NCBI GenBank assembly: GCA_964424305.1
Contig: CAYRHW010000001.1
Span: 71,947-135,946, forward strand
Source of the DNA: an uncultured Candidatus Saccharibacteria bacterium
GTDB lineage: Bacteria > Patescibacteriota > Minisyncoccia > Minisyncoccales > Staskawiczbacteraceae
Direction: 5' to 3'
Length of the DNA: 64,000 nt
A model generated the notes under the pieces. It was not told the DNA's origin, did no database searches, and was given only the letters and a program-made list of their open reading frames with translations. Position numbers and translations under genes: made by a program. Positions 1 through 7,626 of this stretch are shown in pieces. Each line of letters opens with the position of its first letter. The stretch's first letter is position 1.

Positions 1-110
1 AAGATATGGCTATTAAAAAGGGCATGGTAACAATGCACCAGGCTGGACTAATCGAAACAATATTGGGGGTCACCACACTAGATGAGGTGAAGAGAATTGT
101 CGGAGATTAA
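1..110 (+). CDS. 3' end of a GspE/PilB-family secretion/pilus ATPase (partial, 5' end outside window)
   Basis: Frame 3 is open from base 3 to TAA at 108-110: DMAIKKGMVTMHQAGLIETILGVTTLDEVKRIVGD*. This resembles the conserved C-terminal tail of type II secretion / type IV pilus ATPases (G.TT.EEV.RV). Absent from the ORF track because it is truncated. Confidence 0.45.
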   Translation, partial: DMAIKKGMVTMHQAGLIETILGVTTLDEVKRIVGD

Positions 111-124
111 TTTAACAAACAAAA

Positions 125-257
125 AACAGCTACTTTATTGAAGGCGTCCTTATGTCTGAGACATAAGCCAGCCCCACCTGAGGAATAATCGAGCCGGAGC
201 CAAATTACCCTAACTGAGGTGAAACCAATAACACACGCCCTCAATAAAAAAGCTGTT
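125..257. other. 133-bp element closed by a ~21-nt imperfect inverted repeat (candidate structured sRNA or MITE-like insert)
   Basis: ACAGCTACTTTATTGAAGGCG (126-146) pairs with CGCCCTCAATAAAAAAGCTGT (236-256) at 18 of 21 positions. Internal perfect hairpin CTTATGTC-TGA-GACATAAG (149-167). No ORF; locally GC-richer than flanks. Confidence 0.3.
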
Positions 258-305
258 TAATCTACTTTTATATTAGAACCTGTATTATATCAGTTTTATA
301 AACCT

Positions 306-1316
306 ATGTCAAGAGTTTTAGACAAAAAAGTGGCGGAAGACGAAATATTGGATTCTGCCCTAAGACCGAAGAGTTGGGATGAATACGTCGGCCAAAGCAA
401 CATTAAACAAAACATCAAAATTATTGTTGATGCGGCCAAAAAGAGGGGTCAGGCTCCTGACCACCTTCTTTTGTGCGGAAACTCTGGCCTAGGGAAAACA
501 ACATTGGCTTATCTAATAGCAAAAGAAATGGGAGCGCCGATAAGAGTCACCTCTGGCCCGGCGCTAGAAAGAGCGGGCGATTTAGTTGCTATTTTAACGA
601 ACCTGGCTGACGGCGAGGTCCTATTTTTAGACGAATGCCATCGAATTAATAAAACAATTGAAGAATATTTGTACCCAGCGATGGAAGAGTATAAATTGAA
701 CCTAATTCTGGGCAAAGGACCAATGGCAAGAACCATGGAATTAAAGGTACCAAGATTTACCCTGATCGGAGCGACCACAAGACCAGCGATGCTATCGGCC
801 CCACTAAGAAACAGATTTGGAGCAACATTCCAATTAAACTTTTATGAAAACGGAGATATTGAAAAAATTGTTGAAAGGTCTAGTAAATTACTAAAAATCG
901 CCATCAATGATGACGCCAAAGAAATCATCGCCCAAAGGGCTCGTTTTACTCCAAGAGTAGCAAATAGACTTTTAAAAAGGGTGAGAGATTTTGCTGAAGT
1001 GGAGGGAGATGGCGTTATCACAAGAGAAATTGCGGAAAAAGCACTAGGATCTTTGGAGGTTGATGAAATGGGGCTGGAACCGTCAGACCGAAGAATTATT
1101 GAAACAATAATTAATAAATTTAATGGCGGTCCAACTGGGCTACAGGCCCTAGCCGCCGCCATCCAAGAAGAGGAAGATAGTATTTTAGATATTAATGAAC
1201 CCTATTTAATGCAATTGGGATTTATTGAAAGAACCCCCAGAGGAAGAATGGCCACTAAACTAGCCTACGACCACTTTGGAATTAAATATAACAGGCCGCA
1301 AAACACCCTTATTTAG
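306..1316 (+). CDS. ruvB: Holliday junction branch migration ATPase RuvB
   Basis: 336 aa; LRPKSWDEYVGQ, Walker A GNSGLGKTTLA, LFLDECHR, arginine sensor TTRPAML..PLRNRF, C-terminal winged helix. Confidence 0.97.
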   Translation: MSRVLDKKVAEDEILDSALRPKSWDEYVGQSNIKQNIKIIVDAAKKRGQAPDHLLLCGNSGLGKTTLAYLIAKEMGAPIRVTSGPALERAGDLVAILTNLADGEVLFLDECHRINKTIEEYLYPAMEEYKLNLILGKGPMARTMELKVPRFTLIGATTRPAMLSAPLRNRFGATFQLNFYENGDIEKIVERSSKLLKIAINDDAKEIIAQRARFTPRVANRLLKRVRDFAEVEGDGVITREIAEKALGSLEVDEMGLEPSDRRIIETIINKFNGGPTGLQALAAAIQEEEDSILDINEPYLMQLGFIERTPRGRMATKLAYDHFGIKYNRPQNTLI

Positions 1317-1318
1317 CC

Positions 1319-1813
1319 GTGCTAATAAAATTCTCTCTAATTGCCCTTATATTTCTAACAGTTCCCCTAATAATTTTTGCTGTGGATGGGGTAGAAATTA
1401 ATACGGCGACGCTACAACAACTAGATGGAATAACAGGGGTGGGGCCGGCGATAGGCCAAAGGATAATAGATGCCAGGCCTTTTTCTTCGATTGACGATCT
1501 ATTAAGAGTGAAGGGTATTGGAGAAAAAACTTTACAAAAGATAAAAGACCAGGGGTTGGCCTATGTTGATGGTCAGATCGCGCAACCCATACTCCAAACA
1601 CCCTCTGAGGCGCCGATAGAAGCACCTTCTGCGACTCTAGCCGAGCCACTTGATATATCTCCAGCAGAAACGCCACTGCAAAATGTGGTCATCCCAATAG
1701 TTTATCCGACGGGCGTGGTGATAAATGAAATATTGCCTAGCCCAGAGGGAGCAGATGAACAAAACGAATGGATTGTCTCCACAATACAACTAATAATTTC
1801 AGCCTATTTGTGA
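1319..1813 (+). CDS. ComEA-like helix-hairpin-helix DNA-binding protein; 5' portion of a gene interrupted by the integrated element (last 13 codons are element-derived)
   Basis: N-terminal TM segment, then the ComEA HhH motif INTATLQQLDGITGVGPAIGQRIIDARPFSSIDDLLRVKGIGEKTLQKI. It ends ...VVINEILPSPEGADEQNEWI (start of a lamin-tail-domain motif), then unrelated residues and a stop. Confidence 0.85.
   Translation: MLIKFSLIALIFLTVPLIIFAVDGVEINTATLQQLDGITGVGPAIGQRIIDARPFSSIDDLLRVKGIGEKTLQKIKDQGLAYVDGQIAQPILQTPSEAPIEAPSATLAEPLDISPAETPLQNVVIPIVYPTGVVINEILPSPEGADEQNEWIVSTIQLIISAYL
1766..1773 (+). repeat. attL core (GAATGGAT)
   Basis: 8-nt identity with 15336-15343. It lies exactly where the ComEA/LTD reading frame diverges into element sequence. 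Confidence 0.6.
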
Positions 1814-1995
1814 CAACTTACCTCCCGGATAGGAATTATAGCAAAGAAAGAAATATGGTAGCCGTAGAATGAAGGAGTTAAAAGCCACCTTTTAATCGGG
1901 GTGGTTTTTTGTTCTAGCTTTTGGTATATTTATATAAAATAATGAGTTATCAACAGTTATAGTAATTTTATAAATTTACTATAAGTACCAAGTTT

Positions 1996-3348
1996 ATGAA
2001 CCCTATAAATTGGCAACAATTTGGCTTGAAGAAAAATCCTTACGACACCCTACCACTTATAGAGGGAGGAGATCTGCCCATAGATAAAGCATTCGTTGGA
2101 AGAGACGGAGAAAGGAAATTCCTTGATGGTCTTTTTTCTTCAAATAATAGAATATGTTTGACTGTCTGTGGGGGTGTTGGAGTAGGAAAAACAAGCTTAG
2201 CAAATTTTCACAAGTTTATATGGAAGTATACAAAAGAAAAATTACTTTTTTCTTTTAGGAGAGAAATTGAGGCCAACTATGACTTACTTAATAAAAAAAG
2301 TTTTTTGATAGAAATAATTGGTTCCATATTAAGAGAAATTAGATTGCTAGAACCAAACTTGTTAAAAAACGAATTATTGAAAAAACTCAATCAAATAGTT
2401 GATATTAGTCAGACCATGAGCATATCTGGTGGAGCTTCTTTCTATGGATTCGGTCTAGACGTGGGAGGAAGCAAATCACCGACAATTCCGATACAGTTAT
2501 CCGCTACGTTGCTTGAAGAACATTTTATATCTCTAGTTAAATTTATTAAAAATAATGAGATTAAATCTTTAGAATATTCTGGTTTGATAGTGCATGTAAA
2601 TAACTTTGACATAATCTTGTCGAATGAAGAAGGCATAAAAAAGGCGATTAATTTTTTTGATGAGATAAGAGATATTTTGCAAACCCCTGATGTCTATTTT
2701 TTATTTTTAGGCCCCGAAAATTTATTTAAGGACGTGATCTGTTCCCGTCAAAGAGTAAAAAGCATCTTTTATCCAACTCCATTAAAAATAAATCCTCTAT
2801 CCAAAAAAGAGATCGTAAAAGCATTTGAAGAAAGGATGGAGTTTTTAAAATCCGATGATGTCTCCTCTTACATAAAGCCCGTAGAGGATGATGTAATTTA
2901 TAAGATCTATGATTTATATAATGGAGATATCCGCTCAATAATGACAAGCACCATAGATATACTAGGACAATATTCAGATAAACTTGCGAAAGCTTTAACT
3001 ACTAATGAGGCCATGTTGCTTTTGGGGAAAGAACGCTGGGATAAGATTGAAAATGTCATGAGGCTAACTCATGAACAAAAAGAAATACTTAAATATTTAG
3101 CAAGTGCAGAAAAGTTTATCAGTCAAAAGGAAATAGCAAAAATGTTTAACAAACAAACATCAAATGTTTCTGGTTATTATTTTAAACCATTAAGAGATAA
3201 TAATATTATTGAAGAAAAGGAACGCATTAAACAAACCCCATATTATGGTTTAACATCTGATTATGTCCCCATAAAATGGTTAATAAAATCTCAAAATGAA
3301 GTTAAAAAAAGCATAGAATGTAAATCAAAACAACTAAGCTTGCTATAA
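1996..3348 (+). CDS. P-loop NTPase (AAA/ORC-Cdc6-like architecture) with C-terminal winged-helix HTH
   Basis: 450 aa; FVGRDGE...LTVCGGVGVGKTSLA Walker A; hydrophobic strand then D (GLIVHVNNFD) as candidate Walker B; C-terminal MarR-like wHTH (HEQKEILKYLASAEKFISQKEIAKMFNKQTSNVSGYYFKPL). Confidence 0.6.
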   Translation: MNPINWQQFGLKKNPYDTLPLIEGGDLPIDKAFVGRDGERKFLDGLFSSNNRICLTVCGGVGVGKTSLANFHKFIWKYTKEKLLFSFRREIEANYDLLNKKSFLIEIIGSILREIRLLEPNLLKNELLKKLNQIVDISQTMSISGGASFYGFGLDVGGSKSPTIPIQLSATLLEEHFISLVKFIKNNEIKSLEYSGLIVHVNNFDIILSNEEGIKKAINFFDEIRDILQTPDVYFLFLGPENLFKDVICSRQRVKSIFYPTPLKINPLSKKEIVKAFEERMEFLKSDDVSSYIKPVEDDVIYKIYDLYNGDIRSIMTSTIDILGQYSDKLAKALTTNEAMLLLGKERWDKIENVMRLTHEQKEILKYLASAEKFISQKEIAKMFNKQTSNVSGYYFKPLRDNNIIEEKERIKQTPYYGLTSDYVPIKWLIKSQNEVKKSIECKSKQLSLL

Positions 3349-3360
3349 AAATTTATTAAT

Positions 3361-3387
3361 AAAACAGTCTATATGTGCTGTTTTTTC
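3361..3387 (+). terminator. Rho-independent terminator candidate
   Basis: AAAACAG-N10-CTGTTTT followed by a T-run, directly after the ATPase stop. Confidence 0.45.
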
Positions 3388-3458
3388 TTGATTTTACTAT
3401 GCTTTAGCACTAAGGTTAAAATAACAACTTAATATTGAGCCTAAACCTATATTTTATA

Positions 3459-3582
3459 GGCATGGCACAAAACTCCAAGTGCATACTGAACCCGTCGTTC
3501 AGGCTCCATGCACTTGGTCTATATCCGAAAGGGTATAGGAGACGCAAGTCTCGGCCTAGCGGCGGGCTTTGTGTTATGCCGC
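3459..3582 (+). promoter_or_regulatory. Highly structured 5' leader (candidate riboswitch or cis-regulatory RNA) upstream of the secreted repeat protein
   Basis: Hand-folded helices: 10-bp CCAAGTGCAT/ATGCACTTGG (3475-3484/3508-3517) enclosing 6-bp CTGAAC/GTTCAG. 9-bp stem capped by a GAAA tetraloop (3518-3539). 5-bp GAGAC/GTCTC capped by a GCAA tetraloop (3539-3552). GCGGC/GCCGC (3559-3563/3578-3582). Ends 10 nt before the ATG at 3592. Confidence 0.5.
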
Positions 3583-3591
3583 TATAAAACT

Positions 3592-5424
3592 ATGAAAAAA
3601 TTTATCATCGCAGTCATTTTATTATTAACGCCTTTCTTTGCGTCTGCTTCCATAGATAAGAATTTATCTTATGGATTAAAAATTGACTCAGATGTTATGG
3701 AGTTGCAGGAGTTCCTAAAAGCCGATGGTTGTTATAATGGCTTTACGGGGGGGAATTTTCTGATGCTCACCCTTAAGGGTGTAAAATGTTTTCAAACAAA
3801 ATATCACGATGAAATTTCAGCTTTGGCCGGTTATTCTATAAAATCCTCTGGTTTCGTCGGCTCTGGAACAAGGACTTTTATTAATCAAAAACTTAATGAA
3901 GAACTCGCCGATTCCAATATAGATGCTAACCAAGAAGGAACAGTTGCCTGTTCTCCTTTTTGGAAATGTAGCAATTGGAGTGCTTGTGCGGGATCTCAAC
4001 AGACAAGAAGCTGTATTGATTCAAATAATTGCAAGGTTACAACTGGGAAGCCCAATGAAGCACAGGGGTGTACCACCGCTTGTACTCCGAATTGGCAGTG
4101 TACTTCCTGGGGTTCTTGTATTAACTCTCAATGGGTAAGAACCTGTAACGATTCTAATAGTTGCGGAATTACAACAGGAAAACCGAGCGAAACACAGTCC
4201 TGTACGGTTGCTTGCTCTCCTAATTGGCAATGCTCTTCGTGGAGCACCTGTGCAAATTCACAACAGACGAGAACCTGTAGTGATTCTAATAGTTGTGGGA
4301 CTATGACGGGAGAGCCAACTGAAGCACAGGTGTGTACGGTTGCTTGTAGCCCAAACTGGCAATGCAATGCATGGAGTACGTGTTCCAATTCTCAGCAAAC
4401 AAGAATTTGTAATGACGCCAATGGTTGCGGAGTTTTAACTAATAAACCGTTGATAGCACAATTTTGCACAGTTGCCTGTTCTCCTAATTGGCAATGTGGA
4501 GAATGGGGTATTTGCACAAACTCCCAGAAGGCAAGAACATGTAATGATGTCAACAATTGTGGGCTCGCCAGCGGTAAACCGAATGAAACAGATTCTTGCA
4601 TTGTATATTTTGTAGCAGATATATCCCTTGATAAATATACGCTTGCTAATAATGGTGTAGACTCTATTAAGGTCAACATAAAAACTAAGGATTCAAACGG
4701 TAATATCCTTCCCAACAAAACTGTTCAAATTACGACAGACAGTACCGTCAGCGCCACATCGGACTCTAATGGAGATATAAACACAACAATATCTACCACG
4801 GGATTACCAGGATCACGCAAACTTAAAGTTAGTGCTGATGGTTATTCGTATGATTCTAATAATTATGAGGTGATCGGAACGGGCGCAACCGCCATGGGCT
4901 CGGTTTGTTTCCCACAAACTGGTAACCTAACCAGACTTATGGCTCCCGGGAAAGATCAGGAATTACTTCAGATAGCACAATTGAGAAGTTTAGGAATAAC
5001 AAATTTGGGTTTAAAAAAGGTAAACTTTAAGGTGAGTGGTATAGATTCTACTTGGATAAGCAATATAAGGATTCAAAAATACCCACCACCTTGTAGTGAA
5101 TATTTTTGTTATCAGGGGAATATAACTGCGCCGAGTAATGCTGTGGGCACCATATCTAGTGATGGGATAATTAGTGTGGTCTTAGTAAATCCGTTGCCAA
5201 TTCGTAATGACGATCGTGTATATGTATATGCAGATTTGGCGAATCCAACCTCGCCAAGAACCGGTACGACATATACTAATGAATTTATTTCAGCGGAATT
5301 TACGGGGATGGTTGCAGGTTATACGTCAAATAGTATATCTTTTGGGGCATTTAATTGTATGAGCACAACTGATGGGTTGGGCGATCACGAAACATTTTTA
5401 AGTCAAATATTTAGGGGTAACTAA
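3592..5424 (+). CDS. Secreted protein: peptidoglycan-binding-like domain, 5 tandem Cys-rich repeats, bacterial Ig-like domain, C-terminal domain of unknown function
   Basis: Start moved to MKKFIIAVILLLTPFFASA (signal peptide); the track start at 3508 lies inside the RNA structure. PG_binding-like SDVMELQEFLKADGCYNG; repeats ACSPNWQC..W..C.NSQQTR.C.D.N.CG; Big_1-like SIKVNIKTKDSNGNILPNKTVQITTDS. Confidence 0.8.
   Translation: MKKFIIAVILLLTPFFASASIDKNLSYGLKIDSDVMELQEFLKADGCYNGFTGGNFLMLTLKGVKCFQTKYHDEISALAGYSIKSSGFVGSGTRTFINQKLNEELADSNIDANQEGTVACSPFWKCSNWSACAGSQQTRSCIDSNNCKVTTGKPNEAQGCTTACTPNWQCTSWGSCINSQWVRTCNDSNSCGITTGKPSETQSCTVACSPNWQCSSWSTCANSQQTRTCSDSNSCGTMTGEPTEAQVCTVACSPNWQCNAWSTCSNSQQTRICNDANGCGVLTNKPLIAQFCTVACSPNWQCGEWGICTNSQKARTCNDVNNCGLASGKPNETDSCIVYFVADISLDKYTLANNGVDSIKVNIKTKDSNGNILPNKTVQITTDSTVSATSDSNGDINTTISTTGLPGSRKLKVSADGYSYDSNNYEVIGTGATAMGSVCFPQTGNLTRLMAPGKDQELLQIAQLRSLGITNLGLKKVNFKVSGIDSTWISNIRIQKYPPPCSEYFCYQGNITAPSNAVGTISSDGIISVVLVNPLPIRNDDRVYVYADLANPTSPRTGTTYTNEFISAEFTGMVAGYTSNSISFGAFNCMSTTDGLGDHETFLSQIFRGN
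3946..4605 (+). repeat. Five tandem 132-bp (44-codon) coding repeats, 6 Cys each
   Basis: Repeat units ACSPFWKCSNWSACAGSQQTRSCIDSNNCKVTTGKPNEAQGCTT, ACTPNWQCTSWGSC..., ACSPNWQCSSWSTC..., ACSPNWQCNAWSTC... and ACSPNWQCGEWGIC... read directly from the translation. Confidence 0.85.
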
Positions 5425-5427
5425 ATA

Positions 5428-5745
5428 ATGAGTATATTTATAAAAGACAATTGGTTTAAAATTATAGCTACAATATTATTATTGTGGGCACTAGCAGATA
5501 ATCCTTACGGATATTATCAATTTCTAAGATGGGTTGTGGTAATAATCGCTGGCTATACTGCTTATGTCGCCTATAACAATCAGAAAATCGGTTGGGCATG
5601 GGTTTTTGGTATTGTAGCTATTCTGTTTAATCCTATTTTCCCTTTTTACCTCTCGAAGGGTAATTGGCAATTTATAGATGTGGTAGTAGCCGTGTTATTT
5701 TTAGTATCGTTATCTAAAACACAAAAACTTGAAAAAAGTAATTAA
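5428..5745 (+). CDS. Small integral membrane protein (3-4 TM)
   Basis: 105 aa and strongly hydrophobic (IIATILLLWALA, VVVIIAGYTAYVAY, WAWVFGIVAILFNPIF); 3 nt after the upstream stop. Confidence 0.65.
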   Translation: MSIFIKDNWFKIIATILLLWALADNPYGYYQFLRWVVVIIAGYTAYVAYNNQKIGWAWVFGIVAILFNPIFPFYLSKGNWQFIDVVVAVLFLVSLSKTQKLEKSN

Positions 5746-6106
5746 AATATTTTCCTTATTGTCGCTTCTATTAGTTCTTGGTGTATTGCCCATAGTCGTT
5801 GATGCTAGAAGCGGTTGTTGCTCTCATCATGGCGGAGTTTGTGGCTGTGGTTGTTGTGACGGGACTTCTCTTTCAGCGACTTGTGCCCCATACTATCCCG
5901 AGTGTAGTCGGAATGTTTATACTCCGACAACGAACACTAATTATAATCCCCCGGCCGATAACACTTATATCCCACCAGTAGTTAATAATAGTCAGGATAG
6001 TAATGCTGGAGAGAATAATGATAGTTCTGGTTGGTGGACATTAGGAATACTTGGCTTAGTTGGATATGGAATATATCGTTACGTAAAAAACAAAAATAAT
6101 AAATAA
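5729..6106 (+). CDS. Cys-rich secreted protein with C-terminal membrane anchor
   Basis: TTG start, signal peptide, SGCCSHHGGVCGCGCCDG cluster, Pro/Asn/Thr-rich linker, C-terminal TM WWTLGILGLVGYGIY. Confidence 0.6.
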   Translation: MKKVIKIFSLLSLLLVLGVLPIVVDARSGCCSHHGGVCGCGCCDGTSLSATCAPYYPECSRNVYTPTTNTNYNPPADNTYIPPVVNNSQDSNAGENNDSSGWWTLGILGLVGYGIYRYVKNKNNK

Positions 6107-6110
6107 ACTT

Positions 6111-6347
6111 ATGAAAAAAATATTACTATCAGTATTTATATTATCAATGCTATTTTTTGGTGGTTTTAATGCCGTTGATGCTAAAATTCTAAAGATAAAT
6201 GGCTATTATAAACCGAGTATCGGAAAGTACGTTCAACCATACTATAAGACCAGCCCGAATAAAACTAAAATTGATAACTATTCAACGAAAGGAAATTACA
6301 ATCCCTTTAATGGAAAGATCGGAACGATAAACCCCTATAAGTTCTAA
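6111..6347 (+). CDS. Small secreted protein
   Basis: 78 aa, signal peptide MKKILLSVFILSMLFFGGFNAVDA, Lys/Tyr/Asn-rich mature part. Confidence 0.55.
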   Translation: MKKILLSVFILSMLFFGGFNAVDAKILKINGYYKPSIGKYVQPYYKTSPNKTKIDNYSTKGNYNPFNGKIGTINPYKF

Positions 6348-6357
6348 TACTAAATCT

Positions 6358-6528
6358 ATGAGTCTCTCAAAAGAATCCATAGATGAATTTAAGCGAATCT
6401 GGAAGAAACACTTTGGTACTGATATTTCAGATGAGAAAGCTCGGGAAGATGGAGGGAGGCTTCTTCGGCTAGTAGAAATAATTTATAAACCCATGACCCA
6501 GAAAGAGTACGATATATATAGTAAGTAA
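6358..6528 (+). CDS. 56-aa hypothetical protein (paralog of 12726-12896); absent from ORF track
   Basis: ATG 6358 to TAA 6526-6528: MSLSKESIDEFKRIWKKHFGTDISDEKAREDGGRLLRLVEIIYKPMTQKEYDIYSK. About 60% identical to a second copy on the other strand; conservation at protein level supports coding. The antisense track ORF 6389-6715 is probably spurious. Confidence 0.55.
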   Translation: MSLSKESIDEFKRIWKKHFGTDISDEKAREDGGRLLRLVEIIYKPMTQKEYDIYSK

Positions 6529-6539
6529 TAAGCAAATTT

Positions 6540-7529
6540 ATGAAACAAATATCTAAGATTGTAATAACTTTATTAATTGTTTCTTTTATCGTCCCGCAAG
6601 TAGCATTGGCGTCTTGGTGGAATCCCCTTAGTTGGAATATCTGGGGTGGTATTTTCCATAAAACTGATTCTAAAACACAAATATTAGAGAATCGTGTGAA
6701 AGAGCTTGAAAACAAGTTAAATAGTCAACCCACCTCTACAACTACAAAAACTGATAATACTAAACAGTCAGTCATCACTAAACAAACAGAACCTAAGTCA
6801 GAAAACAATATTAATAAGCCAACAACAGAAACTACTAAAACAACCAACAATACACAAGCTACAACGATGAAGCTTTCGGTCTATAATTCATATATAGATT
6901 CTGCAATAAAAGCATATCAAGAAAATATCACTAACTATAATCAGATGGCGAGCTATATACAAGGCACAAAAGATGGATTGGATCGGGAAGAATCTTTGCT
7001 CTTAGAACTCAAGGCATCGGAAACCGATTCTTGGTGGAAGGGTGCTTGGCAATTAGTAATTGATAAGGCGGTTGTCCCGCCAAGAGAACGGTGTAATCAA
7101 TTTTTGGATAATTTTAATAAAAATATTCAGGCAATAAATTCAAATATTGCTATTCTTAGAAATGAAAAGGATAAAAATAATGTTTCTGCTCCAGTCAGCA
7201 TTGAACAATATATAGCGTATTTTGACAAATTGAATAGTTTGATTATCATTGATAAGTTTTCACAAGATGTAGATAGCACTTCTTTATTACTTGAACCATT
7301 TAATCAAAAGACTTTTGTCGACCTTAAGGGTGCTGTTAAAATATTTGCTGACAAACAAACGGAGCTTTACTATAAATCTATTGGCACTGCCTATGTTCCA
7401 AGTCAAAACACATACAACCAAATAAATAATTATTATGTTCCGCCAGTATTCCCCACGATTCAAGTACCACAAACAACGCACTGCACAATGATGCGTACGA
7501 TCAACGGAGCAACTATGGATTGCTATTAG
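6540..7529 (+). CDS. Secreted protein with Thr/Asn-rich linker and helical domain
   Basis: 329 aa, signal/TM IVITLLIVSFIVPQVALA, low-complexity TTTKTDNTKQ...TTETTKTTNNTQ region. Confidence 0.65.
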   Translation: MKQISKIVITLLIVSFIVPQVALASWWNPLSWNIWGGIFHKTDSKTQILENRVKELENKLNSQPTSTTTKTDNTKQSVITKQTEPKSENNINKPTTETTKTTNNTQATTMKLSVYNSYIDSAIKAYQENITNYNQMASYIQGTKDGLDREESLLLELKASETDSWWKGAWQLVIDKAVVPPRERCNQFLDNFNKNIQAINSNIAILRNEKDKNNVSAPVSIEQYIAYFDKLNSLIIIDKFSQDVDSTSLLLEPFNQKTFVDLKGAVKIFADKQTELYYKSIGTAYVPSQNTYNQINNYYVPPVFPTIQVPQTTHCTMMRTINGATMDCY

Positions 7530-7539
7530 TTTACTAAAT

Positions 7540-7562
7540 AAGCCCTTTTTGGAGGGCTTTTT
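7540..7562 (+). terminator. Rho-independent terminator
   Basis: AAGCCCT-TTTTGG-AGGGCTT followed by a T-run, 11 nt after the stop at 7529. Confidence 0.65.
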
Positions 7563-7564
7563 GG

Positions 7565-7594
7565 TTGGAAAAAACATCAAAATCGTGATATAAT
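7565..7594 (+). promoter_or_regulatory. Extended -10 promoter candidate
   Basis: TTGGAA (7565-7570), 18-nt spacer, TG-n-TATAAT (7586-7594), 33 nt upstream of the ATG at 7627. Confidence 0.4.
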
Positions 7595-7626
7595 TTAAGC
7601 GAAATTAATGAAAATTTAAGATAAAA

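Noticed and set aside
509-1162. Antisense ORFs inside ruvB (509-778, 842-1162), and similar antisense or nested ORFs inside most long genes in the track
   Set aside because: They lie opposite or within strongly supported conserved genes, have no motifs and have low-complexity translations. They are typical frame artefacts.
3508-3591. Upstream start (MHLVYIRKGIGDASLG...) for the secreted repeat protein
   Set aside because: This 28-codon extension lies entirely within the GC-rich hairpin array. A canonical signal peptide begins at the ATG at 3592.
6389-6715. 108-aa minus-strand ORF
   Set aside because: It overlaps the conserved plus-strand 56-aa paralog ORF and the signal-peptide start of 6540-7529. 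No motif supports it.
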